From contig OY762654.1 of the NCBI GenBank assembly GCA_963666205.1, forward strand, positions 1,776,752 through 1,840,751: 64,000 bases of DNA, in the 5' to 3' direction. Each line of letters begins with the position of its first letter. Position 1 is the first letter of the stretch. The notes under the pieces are model-generated. The model searched no databases. It was not told the origin of the DNA and saw only the letters and a list, made by a program, of their open reading frames with translations. The stretch comes from Synergistales bacterium (lineage in GTDB: Bacteria > Synergistota > Synergistia > Synergistales > JAFGMB01). Below are positions 26,243 through 35,519 of this stretch, piece after piece. A program made the position numbers and the translations under genes.

Positions 26243-27622
26243 ATGAGCATTTCCAGTATTTTCGAGATAATAGGGCCTGTCATGATAGGCCCTTCCAGTT
26301 CCCATACCGGAGGGGCCTACAGAATGGGAATAAAGGCCAGAACACTCCTAAAAGAAGAACCGGTCCAGATCAGGATTGTTCTGTATAATTCCTACGCCAG
26401 AACATGTCAGGGTCATAAGACACATGTGGCTATCCTTGCCGGCTGCCTCGGTTTTGGACCAACTGATCATAGAATAATCGGATCCTTCGAGTACGCTTCA
26501 AATTCCAATATCAGGGTTATCCTTTCCCACTCCTTTGATGAATCCCTTCATCCCAATACAGCCGATATTGAATTGACTTCAACTTCAGGAAGATCCCTTC
26601 GGCTAAGAGCAATATCCATCGGAGGAGGGGCTATTCAGGTTCAGGAAGTTGCGGAATCACATTCATCAGATAGAGGGAGCTTTTATCCTGTTGAACGGGA
26701 AAATGAAGATTTTACCGGAATCGAAGATATTCCCGTTATCTGCGGTCTCGAAAGTTTTTCCGAGCTTCTTGAAGAAGCTGAAAACAAGGGGATCAGTCTT
26801 TCGGAAATAATCCTTAACCAGGAATCCAGGGCTGCCGGGGCTCTGGAAGAAGACATTCTGGCCAAGGTATCAGAGATCCTGAATGTAATGAAAAAAGCGA
26901 TAAATAGAGGTGTAAAAGGGAATGTGTCTACTCTTGGCGGATTATCAGGGAAAGATGCATCCCTTATATCAGACAGAAAAGGCAGCAAACAGGTTCTCAG
27001 AGATCCTGCTTTTTCGAAAACCCTTGCTTATGCTCTTGCCGTGAATGAGGTCAATGCTTCCATGGGGGTAGTTGCGGCAGCCCCTACAGGTGGTGCGTGT
27101 GGAGTTCTTCCTGCGGTGCTGCTTGCGATGGCAGAATCCCATAACCTGGAGGAAGAAAATATCATAAGAGCCCTGGTAACAGCAGGAGGTATTGGTGCAA
27201 GGATAGCGAAAAAAACCTCACTTTCTGCTTCTGTCGCAGGGTGTCAGGTTGAGGTAGGTGTGGCCGTGGCGATGGCTTCTGGTGCACTGGTAGAACTTCT
27301 CGGAGGAACTCCACGGGAGGCAATTGAAGCTTCAGCAATAGGACTCAAAAGTTATCTGGGGCTCGCCTGCGATGCCATTGCAGGCCTGGTGGAAGTTCCC
27401 TGTATAAAACGGAATGCGATTGGAGGCAGTGCATCTCTTGCAGCAGCCCAGATGGCTCTCCTGGGGATAAAGAGCCAGGTTCCTATGGATGAAGTGGTCT
27501 GGGCCCTGGCTGACATTGGCAGTAAGATGCCCCTCTGTTTCAGGGATACCGTCTCTGCAGGCCTTGCCCTTACTGAAACTGGGAAAAAAGTTTACAGTAA
27601 TATTTATGGTGAAGAACTCTAG
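26243..27622 (+). CDS. sdaA: L-serine ammonia-lyase, iron-sulfur-dependent, fused beta-alpha single chain
   Basis: ORF track 26207..27622. The ATG at 26243 gives MSISSIFEIIGPVMIGPSSSHTGG, the canonical N-terminus. A C-terminal alpha-type domain is present (AAPTGGACGVLPAVL). Confidence 0.85.
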   Translation: MSISSIFEIIGPVMIGPSSSHTGGAYRMGIKARTLLKEEPVQIRIVLYNSYARTCQGHKTHVAILAGCLGFGPTDHRIIGSFEYASNSNIRVILSHSFDESLHPNTADIELTSTSGRSLRLRAISIGGGAIQVQEVAESHSSDRGSFYPVERENEDFTGIEDIPVICGLESFSELLEEAENKGISLSEIILNQESRAAGALEEDILAKVSEILNVMKKAINRGVKGNVSTLGGLSGKDASLISDRKGSKQVLRDPAFSKTLAYALAVNEVNASMGVVAAAPTGGACGVLPAVLLAMAESHNLEEENIIRALVTAGGIGARIAKKTSLSASVAGCQVEVGVAVAMASGALVELLGGTPREAIEASAIGLKSYLGLACDAIAGLVEVPCIKRNAIGGSASLAAAQMALLGIKSQVPMDEVVWALADIGSKMPLCFRDTVSAGLALTETGKKVYSNIYGEEL

Positions 27623-27716
27623 CTTATAACTTTAACCCTCTATCTACGGGGTTGTTCCTTTCTGAGAATTGATTTTTCCAAATGAAGAAAATATTTACAT
27701 TTTGTTTCCTTTCTTG

Positions 27717-27747
27717 TTGACTTAAAACATATTGATATCTATTATCA
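27717..27747 (+). promoter_or_regulatory. promoter with overlapping Fur-box-like site 4
   Basis: TTGACT (27717-27722), a 17-nt spacer, then TATTAT (27740-27745). TGATATCTATTATCA (27733-27747) is 12/15 identical to site 1 and covers the -10. Confidence 0.45.
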
Positions 27748-27867
27748 TTAGTGGTCTTTTGGAAAACTTAAAACTGAGAATTTGATATAAAGAAGGGAAA
27801 AGTTTTTATAACTGTTCCGGCCTTGAAAATATTTGCAACGCCATTTCTTTCCTAGGGGGAACGACAA

Positions 27868-29166
27868 ATGTTTACAATCAGGGAATTTTTGAGATCGGAA
27901 GTGAAGCCTGCATTGGGATGTACTGAGCCCGGTGCGGTGGCACTGGGCGTAGCGAGGGCCGTAGAGGAACTTGGAGGAGCCCCCGTTAAAGAGATCGAGG
28001 TAGTGGTAAGCGACAGCATATACAAGAACGGCATGTACGTAGGTATTCCAGGTACAGGAGGCCTCAAGGGCAACGACATAGCAGCAGCCATGGCAGCCCT
28101 TCAGGGAAAGTCGGAATACGGCCTTGAAGTTCTCAAGGACTGCGATGCTGATACTGTGAAAAAGTCCCAGGCCATGGTGGATTCAGGGAAGGTGGTCATA
28201 ATCCCCGACCTTGACCGCCACGGAGTATATGTGGAATCCAGGGTGAGCAGTGAAAATGACACAGCAGTGACGGTCATAGAGAGCACCCACACCAATATAA
28301 CGAAGGTTACCCTCAACGACAGGGTCATATTTGAAACAGAAAAAGGGACAGAGGACAAGAACGGCAGTAAGACCCTATCCATCCCCGAGCAGGTGGAAAG
28401 GATGAACTACTCGGAGCTGGTCAGTATGGCTGAGGACATGGACGCAGAGGACGTGGACTACGTCATGAACGGAGTGGACATGAACCTCACCATAGCCGAA
28501 TACGGATTCACTCACAACGTAGGCATCAACCTCGGATCCACCATAAAGAAACTGGCAGGTGAGCATTACGACTCCGATGACCTGAGCAGCAGGATCAAGG
28601 CAGTGGCGGCGGCAGCCTCCGACGCACGAATGGACGGAGCACCCTATCCCGTTATGAGCAGTGCCGGAAGCGGCAACCACGGGATCACCGCCATCCTTCC
28701 CGTATACGTAGCAGGAGATCATTATGGCAAGAGCAGGGAAGAGATAGCGAAAGCCATAGCCTTCAGCCACCTCACCACATCCTTCATAAAGAGCAGGATG
28801 GGCAGGCTCAGCCCCGTATGCGGATGCAGCGTAGCTGCAGGGGCAGGAGCGGCATCGGGGATCGTCTATCTTCTGAGTAAAGACATAGCAAAGGCAGAGA
28901 AGGCAGTGGAGATGGTGCTTGGCAACCTGGTGGGGATGGTATGTGACGGAGCGAAGGAGACCTGTGCCCTGAAGGTAGGGACGGGAGCCCTTGAATCCTA
29001 CCATGCGGCCATGATCGTGATGGGAGGCAATGGCCTGAACGGACCCCAGGGAGTGGTGGACGATACCATAGAGAAGACCGTGGCAAACGCTGCTTCCATC
29101 AATGTGGAAGGAATGACGGAAGTCGACAGTATTATCATTGATTTCATAAAACAAAGGTTCGCATAA
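27868..29166 (+). CDS. UPF0597 / YhaM(CyuA)-type L-cysteine desulfidase family protein (serine dehydratase alpha-like)
   Basis: 432 aa. N-terminal EVKPALGCTEPGAVALG and later SSAGSGNHG and CGCSVAAGAG motifs typical of the family. Confidence 0.8.
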   Translation: MFTIREFLRSEVKPALGCTEPGAVALGVARAVEELGGAPVKEIEVVVSDSIYKNGMYVGIPGTGGLKGNDIAAAMAALQGKSEYGLEVLKDCDADTVKKSQAMVDSGKVVIIPDLDRHGVYVESRVSSENDTAVTVIESTHTNITKVTLNDRVIFETEKGTEDKNGSKTLSIPEQVERMNYSELVSMAEDMDAEDVDYVMNGVDMNLTIAEYGFTHNVGINLGSTIKKLAGEHYDSDDLSSRIKAVAAAASDARMDGAPYPVMSSAGSGNHGITAILPVYVAGDHYGKSREEIAKAIAFSHLTTSFIKSRMGRLSPVCGCSVAAGAGAASGIVYLLSKDIAKAEKAVEMVLGNLVGMVCDGAKETCALKVGTGALESYHAAMIVMGGNGLNGPQGVVDDTIEKTVANAASINVEGMTEVDSIIIDFIKQRFA

Positions 29167-29190
29167 GAGTCTTCCTTTAGCTTGAAATGC

Positions 29191-29229
29191 AAAGTAAGGT
29201 CTGTTCCTTCAAGGAGCAGACCTTACTTT
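29191..29229. terminator. bidirectional terminator between convergent genes
   Basis: AAAGTAAGGTCTG (29191-29203) pairs perfectly with CAGACCTTACTTT (29217-29229). Confidence 0.7.
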
Positions 29230-29243
29230 GTTATCAAAGTTAT

Positions 29244-29777
29244 TTAAATTCTTGCAATAGAGTTTGCGAAGGGGTGGCCTGCCTCGAGGATCTCTATGGC
29301 TATTTCGGCTGCGAATCGGGCAGCTTCTCCGCATACGTCCGGGCAGCCCTCTTCGGCGTCGACCATGATATCGTGAAGTTCATCCCGCTGTTTTTCATCA
29401 GTGAGGTCGAAGACCCTTCCGTAGAGTTTTTCGTGTATTTCCGTACAGATAACTGTTCCGTATTTCTCTTCAAACTTATTGAAGAGCTTGTCCATGTAAC
29501 CCATTCCCCGAACAGCCTGGTCCTTCATCTCCAGGTCATCCCGACCTGCGAGGAGACCGAGGAACATGAGAGCTCCGGCAAGGGCTCCGCAGATATTGCC
29601 GTGTCTTACACAACCGCCGGCAAAGGCGGTTGATGACCGCAGAACGTCGGGATTGTGAATACCGAATCCTGTCATGAGGGCAGCCAGGGTTCCCTGGCTG
29701 CAGAGGTGATATTCAGCCTCATTATGATTTGCCATTTCAGCTACAGCTTCAATTATCTCATTGTAATATTCGTCCAT
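29244..29777 (-). CDS. C_GCAxxG_C_C family redox-active protein
   Basis: 177 aa. LCSQGTLAAL and GNICGALAGALMFLG motifs. Confidence 0.8.
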   Translation of the reverse strand: MDEYYNEIIEAVAEMANHNEAEYHLCSQGTLAALMTGFGIHNPDVLRSSTAFAGGCVRHGNICGALAGALMFLGLLAGRDDLEMKDQAVRGMGYMDKLFNKFEEKYGTVICTEIHEKLYGRVFDLTDEKQRDELHDIMVDAEEGCPDVCGEAARFAAEIAIEILEAGHPFANSIARI

Positions 29778-29985
29778 GGTTGACCTCCAGTGGGTGGAAA
29801 TAATAATTTGATGGAACCTATTGTAGCAGTATAAACATTCAACTGTAATCCTTAAACCATTATCGATCAGTAATTTATTCTTCCTGAATGATAAAACGGG
29901 ATAACCTTTTTTCTGCTAAAATAGGGTTCTTGTGTTTTTCTCGGGTGTTATACAGAATGCTCTGCCCGGAGAATAGGAATATATA

Positions 29986-31155
29986 ATGACAAAAATGCTT
30001 AAACCCACTATTCTTTCACTATCGCTCCTCACAGTGATATCCACATCTGCAATATCGCCTGCCCTTGGAGAAATAGCAGATTATTTCCCATCTGCCGAGA
30101 GGTTCATGATACAGCTGATCGCTGTAATGCATGCCCTTGCTATTGTTCCCTCTCTATTCTTTGCAAGCTGGCTTACTGCAAGATTTCCCAAAAAGAGAGT
30201 CCTTCTTGCCGGTCTCCTTGTCTTTGCCTTTGGTGGAATATCAGGAGGGCTTGCAGAGAATATTTATATGCTCCTTCTATCCAGGATCGTACTGGGGATA
30301 GGTCTTGGTATGGTCATTCCCTTTTCCACAGCCCTCATCGCTGATTTTTTCGAAGGAGAAGAAAAGACCAGAATGATGGGCCTTTCAAGTTCCTTCAATA
30401 TGCTGGGGGGAATGATAGCATTGACAATATCCGGTCAGTTGGCCATCCTGTCATGGAAACTTCCATTCCTGATCTATGCCTTGGGAATTCCTGTGCTCCT
30501 TCTTAATGCAAGATATCTGCCCCAGGTGCAGAGCAAAAAAAATGAACAGCATTCATCTGCTGTTGAACCCCTTCCCCGTCGTGTTTACCTGGTCGCCTTC
30601 GTAATGTTTCTTTTCTGTATGATGTTCTTTATTCTCACTCCTACCATGGCCCTTTTCCTGAGAGATAATGCCTTTGGGGATGCAAGAATGGCAGGAACAG
30701 CCATATCTTTTGCTTCCCTTGGAGGATTTACATCCGGTTTCGTTCTCCCATGGACCAGGAAATTTACAGGGAAATTCTTTCTTGCGGCCATGCTTGCAGT
30801 TACCAGTACTGGTTTTCTGTCTCTTTACCTTTCGGATGTAATAGGAATGGTCTTTGCCGGGGCATTATGTATAGGTTTTGCCAACAGATCTGTCTATCCC
30901 CTTTTCTTTCTTAAGGTTACCCAGGGAATTACTCCAGACCAGTCTGTACGGGCAACTGCAGTTCTGAGCGCCATGATCTATGTAGGCCAGTTCATGGCAC
31001 CACCCTTCCAGCGTCTGGTAAGATTTGTTTTCCACCATCCAGAGATCCGCTTTCTTTATCTTTTTGTAGCTTCAGTGACCATGTCTGTTGCAATTGCACT
31101 TTTTCTCCACGCATTTTTCAATAAAAAAGAAGACCTGGGTTATATCAGCGAGTAG
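29986..31155 (+). CDS. MFS transporter
   Basis: 389 aa with about 12 hydrophobic helices. The loop motif between TM2 and TM3 is LTARFPKKRVLL. Confidence 0.8.
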   Translation: MTKMLKPTILSLSLLTVISTSAISPALGEIADYFPSAERFMIQLIAVMHALAIVPSLFFASWLTARFPKKRVLLAGLLVFAFGGISGGLAENIYMLLLSRIVLGIGLGMVIPFSTALIADFFEGEEKTRMMGLSSSFNMLGGMIALTISGQLAILSWKLPFLIYALGIPVLLLNARYLPQVQSKKNEQHSSAVEPLPRRVYLVAFVMFLFCMMFFILTPTMALFLRDNAFGDARMAGTAISFASLGGFTSGFVLPWTRKFTGKFFLAAMLAVTSTGFLSLYLSDVIGMVFAGALCIGFANRSVYPLFFLKVTQGITPDQSVRATAVLSAMIYVGQFMAPPFQRLVRFVFHHPEIRFLYLFVASVTMSVAIALFLHAFFNKKEDLGYISE

Positions 31156-31268
31156 CCTTCTTCTTTAAGTTGTTACCATCCGGGAGATTAATATTCAGTT
31201 GCCCCATGTCAGATTTACCGAAATCCTCTCCTTTAAAACCCGATAATACCCTCTTGTTGTTCTTTGAG

Positions 31269-31297
31269 TTGACAAATCCGGTTACTGTGCCTATATT
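31269..31297 (+). promoter_or_regulatory. sigma70-type promoter of the opine-dehydrogenase-family / symporter operon
   Basis: TTGACA (31269-31274), a 17-nt spacer, then TATATT (31292-31297). Confidence 0.6.
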
Positions 31298-31337
31298 TTT
31301 AAGTATATTTTGAAGTATACTTAAAAATATACTTAAA
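31298..31337. promoter_or_regulatory. 40-bp near-perfect palindromic operator (four AAGTATA half-sites)
   Basis: TTTAAGTATATTTT (31298-31311) is the exact reverse complement of AAAATATACTTAAA (31324-31337). They flank the perfect palindrome AAGTATACTT (31313-31322). Overall, 19 of 20 position pairs are symmetric. The element starts immediately after the -10. Confidence 0.65.
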
Positions 31338-31360
31338 TTACGGGGGGAGGAGTGATATTT

Positions 31361-32446
31361 TTGGATAAAGTTACCGTAATTGGTGCGGGAAATGGAGGTC
31401 AGGCTGTAAGTGCATTTCTTTCGACTCAGGGTCTGGATGTAGCTCTTTTTGAACACCCTGATTTTGAGTCAAATCTTGATGGAATAAGAGAAAACGGCGG
31501 AGTTCAGTTCGAAGGACCCATAATGCAGAACTTTGCAAGGATACCTCTGGTTACAGTTGAAATTGAGGAAGCCCTTTCAGATTCTCAGATGATCATTATG
31601 ATCGTTCCTTCCTATGCCCAGGAAAACATGTTCCGCCTTGCCCTTCCTTATCTCAGAGATGGACAGGTAGTTTTTGTTCTTCCAGGGAATTTTGCGTCCC
31701 TGTGTTTTGCCAGAATAGCGAAGGAGGCTGGAAAACAGCTTTTCTTTGCTGAAGGGGCCACTATCCCCTTTGCCTGTCGAATAACGGATCCCGGGAAGAT
31801 CTATGTGGGCGGTCTTAAAGAAACATTCCCGGTCGGTTGTTTTCCAGGCGGGTGTAACAATTCCGTAAAATCCTGGATCCACAAATACTTTCCTTTTAAC
31901 TTCTTTTTTGCAGAAAATGTACTTGAGGCTGCTCTTTCGAACGGGAACATGATAGTCCATCCAACCACGGCAGCACTGAACACTGGCTGGATAGAGAGTA
32001 CTGGGGGAAATTTCTGTTTTTACAGGGAAGGCATGTCAGAATCGGTCTGCAGGGTAGAAGAAGCCATAGACAGGGAAAGGGTCGCCGTAGGTAAAGCCCT
32101 TGGACTGAAAATACCTCCATTTGTAGAACTTATTAACAGGTGGTACAGACTTAATGTCAGTTCTATAAGGGAATTTGCATCTACCTCTGCTACCCATAAT
32201 AATTTCGGTCATGATGCACCTTCATCTCTGAATAACAGGTATGTATCGGAGGATATCCCCTTTCTTATGGTTCCGGTTATGAGTCTTGGCAGGGTCCTGG
32301 AAATAGAGTGTCCCCTGATAGAAAGTTTTGTACGTCTTGGCTCTGTTATCAATGGTGTTGATTATCTGCAACAGGGCAGGACCCTGCAGCAAATGGGTCT
32401 GGAAGGTATGACAAAAGGAGAAATAATAGATTTTGTAGGTGTTTGA
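31361..32446 (+). CDS. NAD(P)-dependent octopine/nopaline (opine) dehydrogenase family protein
   Basis: ORF track 31352..32446. A TTG at 31361 is better spaced from GGGGGAGGAG. VTVIGAGNGGQAVSAFL Rossmann motif. A central NMIVHPTTAALNTGWIE...FYREGMSESV segment is typical of the opine dehydrogenase C-terminal domain. Confidence 0.7.
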   Translation: MDKVTVIGAGNGGQAVSAFLSTQGLDVALFEHPDFESNLDGIRENGGVQFEGPIMQNFARIPLVTVEIEEALSDSQMIIMIVPSYAQENMFRLALPYLRDGQVVFVLPGNFASLCFARIAKEAGKQLFFAEGATIPFACRITDPGKIYVGGLKETFPVGCFPGGCNNSVKSWIHKYFPFNFFFAENVLEAALSNGNMIVHPTTAALNTGWIESTGGNFCFYREGMSESVCRVEEAIDRERVAVGKALGLKIPPFVELINRWYRLNVSSIREFASTSATHNNFGHDAPSSLNNRYVSEDIPFLMVPVMSLGRVLEIECPLIESFVRLGSVINGVDYLQQGRTLQQMGLEGMTKGEIIDFVGV

Positions 32447-32496
32447 ACCTTGATAAGAGAGCAGGAATGGAACATAGTTTAAAAGGAGGTGTCAAC

Positions 32497-33918
32497 TTGA
32501 ATATTCCGGTAATAGTGGGAGCTCTTGCATTTATGGGACTGATAGTGGGAATAGGTTTCTGGTCAGGGCTCAATGTTAAATCCAGTAAATCCTTTTTCCT
32601 CGGTGGGGGAAGCCAGGGTTTCTTCCCCATAATTGCGACCCAGGCCGCCACCAGTATAGGAGGAGGATGCATGATAGGCTGGGCCGGTTTTGGATATACC
32701 TTTGGATTCGGTGTCGCCTGGTACGGAATAGTATGTATCATTGGTCTGGCTATCCTGGTTTTTACGGTAGCTTCCTTTTTTCAGAAGAACGGATTTTATA
32801 CAATACCTGACTGGATCTGTCATTCCCTCGGAGAAGACAAGTTCTTAAGAGGTATAGCTGCTCTTCTTGCCATGTGGATGCTTGTTGGAGCCTGGGCGGG
32901 GAATGCTGTTGCCACAGGTACCATAGTGAATCAGCTCACTGGATTGCCTGTAAAAATGGGAGCCCTTATAGGCGGTCTTCTTGTCCTTGGTTATTGTTCC
33001 GTTGGTGGTCTTCAGTCAGTAATAAAGGTGGATATGTTCAATTTCGTAATACTCTGGCTTGGAGTAATTATCCTGATTCCTGCAACCCTGATCATGGCTG
33101 GCGGTTTTTCGAATATCCTTGCTTCAAATCCGGTCGTGAATCATGATATCTGGCCTGGAATGAAAGCAGGCCTTGGCTGGTTCATTGCAGTTACACCTGG
33201 AATGATGACCATGCAGACGGCCTATCAGAGATTTTCCGCCTCAAAGAACGAAAAGGTCGCGAAATGGGGTATTTACGGAACTATAATTTCCATTGTCATT
33301 ATAGTAGCCTATGCTTCAATAACGGGAATGGCCATTCGCACAATAAACCCGGAAATAGCAAGGGGACAGATGGCTGTTCCATGGTTTGTTGTCAATAAGC
33401 TTAATCCTGTTTTTGCCATATTTATTCTTGGCGGTATCCTGGCCGCGCTTTTCTCCACCTCCGATTCAGTCCTCAATTCAGCCTCGGCAAATATTGCCAA
33501 GGATTTTTATGCAGGCATATTCAACCCTAAAGCCACCGATAAGGATATGCTCAGGGCAGGAAGGATAGCAACCATTGTTATAGGTATAGTCGGAATAGCA
33601 ATTGCCCTTTACATTCCCTATATCATGAAACTGCTTATAGCAGGTTACGGTGTCAGTGCGGGAGGATTGCTTTTCCCCATATTCCTTGCCCATTACTGGA
33701 AAAGGACCACCCGAAATGGAGCCCTGGCCGGTATGATAGGCGGTTTTATCATCGCGTTTCCCGGGGCATTTATACCATCTGTTGGAAAGGTGCTCAGCAG
33801 TTACTTCTATAATCCCATCCTTGCCGCTCTTATGATATCCCTTATCCTGACTGTTATAGTAAGTCTTGGGACCAAAAAGGAAAAAGAACCCGTTCCCAGC
33901 GAAGCGATCGCTTCCTGA
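32497..33918 (+). CDS. sodium:solute symporter (SSS) family transporter
   Basis: ORF track 32443..33918. A TTG at 32497 lies 7 nt after AAGGAGG. About 13 TM helices with SSS-like segments (FFLGGGSQGFFPIIATQAAT). Confidence 0.8.
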   Translation: MNIPVIVGALAFMGLIVGIGFWSGLNVKSSKSFFLGGGSQGFFPIIATQAATSIGGGCMIGWAGFGYTFGFGVAWYGIVCIIGLAILVFTVASFFQKNGFYTIPDWICHSLGEDKFLRGIAALLAMWMLVGAWAGNAVATGTIVNQLTGLPVKMGALIGGLLVLGYCSVGGLQSVIKVDMFNFVILWLGVIILIPATLIMAGGFSNILASNPVVNHDIWPGMKAGLGWFIAVTPGMMTMQTAYQRFSASKNEKVAKWGIYGTIISIVIIVAYASITGMAIRTINPEIARGQMAVPWFVVNKLNPVFAIFILGGILAALFSTSDSVLNSASANIAKDFYAGIFNPKATDKDMLRAGRIATIVIGIVGIAIALYIPYIMKLLIAGYGVSAGGLLFPIFLAHYWKRTTRNGALAGMIGGFIIAFPGAFIPSVGKVLSSYFYNPILAALMISLILTVIVSLGTKKEKEPVPSEAIAS

Positions 33919-33940
33919 TACTGATTTTATGTCTGCATCT

Positions 33941-33980
33941 TTCCTGACCCTGATCATACTGATCGTATCAGGGTCAGGAA
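33941..33980 (+). terminator. strong hairpin terminator after the symporter gene
   Basis: TTCCTGACCCTGAT (33941-33954) pairs perfectly with ATCAGGGTCAGGAA (33967-33980). TTGTTATTT follows. Confidence 0.65.
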
Positions 33981-34087
33981 TTGTTATTTCCAGAAGACAC
34001 GCATTTGACATATCAGGTCCTGATAATGCACTATTATTCCATGTAGTAAAGTTAATGAAGACCACCATGGGGTGTGGAGGGGAAATA

Positions 34088-34780
34088 ATGAATAAAACCG
34101 TTAAGGCAGAGGATAGAGCCCACAGGGAAATACTGAACCTCATCATTCAACAGAAATTTGGTCCTGGTGAGGTGATAATGGAAGCGGAGCTCACCCCCAT
34201 GCTTGAAATGAGCAGAACTCCTGTCAGGGCAGCCCTTGGAAGGCTTGCTACAGAAGGTCTGATCGAAAAACATCCTGGGACAAAAAGTTATATTATCCCC
34301 CCTGTAACTCCTGAAGACCTCAGACAGGTATTTCACGTAAGAAGCGTGCTTGAATCTGATGCGGCATCGCAAGCCGCTATTTGCGCTTCAGAAAATGAAA
34401 AGAAAAGACTCAAGGAGATACTGGAGCAGGAGAACAGCTATGACTTTTCCAGGAATTCTTTTGATTATTCTGCTTTCAGCCAGTATTTTGAACCTTCCCA
34501 GCGACTTCATTTTGCAATCGCTGATGTCTGTCACAATGCCTATCTCAAAAGATTTATCCTTCCAGCGTACTGGAGGTCTCAGCTCTATTTCTATTTCTTT
34601 GACAGTTTCTCTTTTTTGAGCAGGAAACAGGCAGCAGATCCTATTAATATCCATCTTGAAAAAAGTGTGGAAGAACACAATCGTATAGTTGATGCAATTC
34701 TTTCCAGAGATAGTGAAGGTGCCCGAAAGGCGATGAAGGAACATCTTGAAACTACCATGTCCATTCTCAGGCCTTTCTGA
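34088..34780 (+). CDS. GntR family transcriptional regulator (FCD subfamily)
   Basis: ORF track 33866..34780, where the upstream part spans the terminator. The ATG at 34088 follows GGAGGGG. AELTPMLEMSRTPVRAALGRLATEGLIE winged helix and a helical C-terminal domain. Confidence 0.8.
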   Translation: MNKTVKAEDRAHREILNLIIQQKFGPGEVIMEAELTPMLEMSRTPVRAALGRLATEGLIEKHPGTKSYIIPPVTPEDLRQVFHVRSVLESDAASQAAICASENEKKRLKEILEQENSYDFSRNSFDYSAFSQYFEPSQRLHFAIADVCHNAYLKRFILPAYWRSQLYFYFFDSFSFLSRKQAADPINIHLEKSVEEHNRIVDAILSRDSEGARKAMKEHLETTMSILRPF

Positions 34781-34839
34781 AGGAGGTCCCCAAAAAGCAG
34801 ATATCAGAATAAGAAACAACCAGGGAAAAAGGAAGGATC

Positions 34840-35418
34840 ATGGCCATGAATGAAGTGATAAGTAACATCAAAACCCGAAGGAGTATCCGAAAATATCAGC
34901 CTGTCCAGGTGGAGCAGGAAAAGCTGGATGCCATTCTTGACGCTGCCATACATGCTCCAAGCGGGAACAACCAGCAGCCCTGGCACTTCCTGTTAGTTCA
35001 GGACAATGGCATTATCGAAGATCTGGACCTCAGGATCAGGAAAAGCATGGCGGAAAGTGGAATTTCCAGGATGGTTAAATTGGGCGAAGATCCGAAGTAT
35101 CGTGTCTTTTTCCATGCCCCTATAATCGTAATAGTATCTGGCAATGAGATTAATTATGCCCCGGAGGGGCACCTCATTCCCTTTGCTGACTGCTGCGCAG
35201 CCATACAGAACATGCTCCTGGCTGCCCACAGCCTGGGAGTAGGGTCCTGCTGGATCGGCCTCGCCCGTTACCTTTTCCGACATCCTGAAAGAATGAAAGA
35301 TCTACCTATCCCCGAAGGATTCAAACCATATTATGCCGTCTGCCTCGGTTATCCGGATCCATCCTTCAGGACAAACTGTCCGAAGAGAAAAGAGGGAGTA
35401 GTGGATTATCTGAGATAA
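34840..35418 (+). CDS. nitroreductase family protein
   Basis: 192 aa. IKTRRSIRKY, HAPSGNNQQPW and GVGSCWIG motifs. Confidence 0.85.
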   Translation: MAMNEVISNIKTRRSIRKYQPVQVEQEKLDAILDAAIHAPSGNNQQPWHFLLVQDNGIIEDLDLRIRKSMAESGISRMVKLGEDPKYRVFFHAPIIVIVSGNEINYAPEGHLIPFADCCAAIQNMLLAAHSLGVGSCWIGLARYLFRHPERMKDLPIPEGFKPYYAVCLGYPDPSFRTNCPKRKEGVVDYLR

Positions 35419-35447
35419 TGTCAATCAGTTTGTTTATCAATAAAAAT

Positions 35448-35493
35448 TTCAGAAGCATACTATAGAATATAAAGTTTCCTGTATGCTTCTGAA
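35448..35493. terminator. bidirectional terminator between convergent genes
   Basis: TTCAGAAGCATAC (35448-35460) pairs perfectly with GTATGCTTCTGAA (35481-35493). Confidence 0.6.
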
Positions 35494-35519
35494 TTCTTAT
35501 AAGTTTGTGTTTAAATTTA

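Noticed and set aside
28375-29154. A 259-aa stop-free ORF antisense to the desulfidase-family gene. Similar long antisense ORFs occur at 9063-9773, 33478-34146, 35662-36264, 50883-51596 and 52506-53150.
   Set aside because: Each lies fully inside a sense-strand gene with clear family motifs. Their translations are low-complexity or Arg/Ser/Pro/Gly-rich with no motifs and no RBS. They are shadow ORFs, expected especially in the GC-richer segments.
27868-29777. A GC-elevated pair of genes, considered as a horizontally acquired islet.
   Set aside because: There are no flanking repeats, tRNA, integrase or other mobility genes. The proteins are Ala/Gly-rich, which raises GC content on its own. 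A real GC and codon calculation is needed, so I keep this only as a side note in a finding.
33866-34087. The N-terminal 74 aa of the ORF-track entry 33866..34780.
   Set aside because: This part spans the symporter's 3' end and a 14-bp-stem terminator. A well-placed ATG with a GGAGGGG RBS at 34088 gives a normal-length GntR protein.
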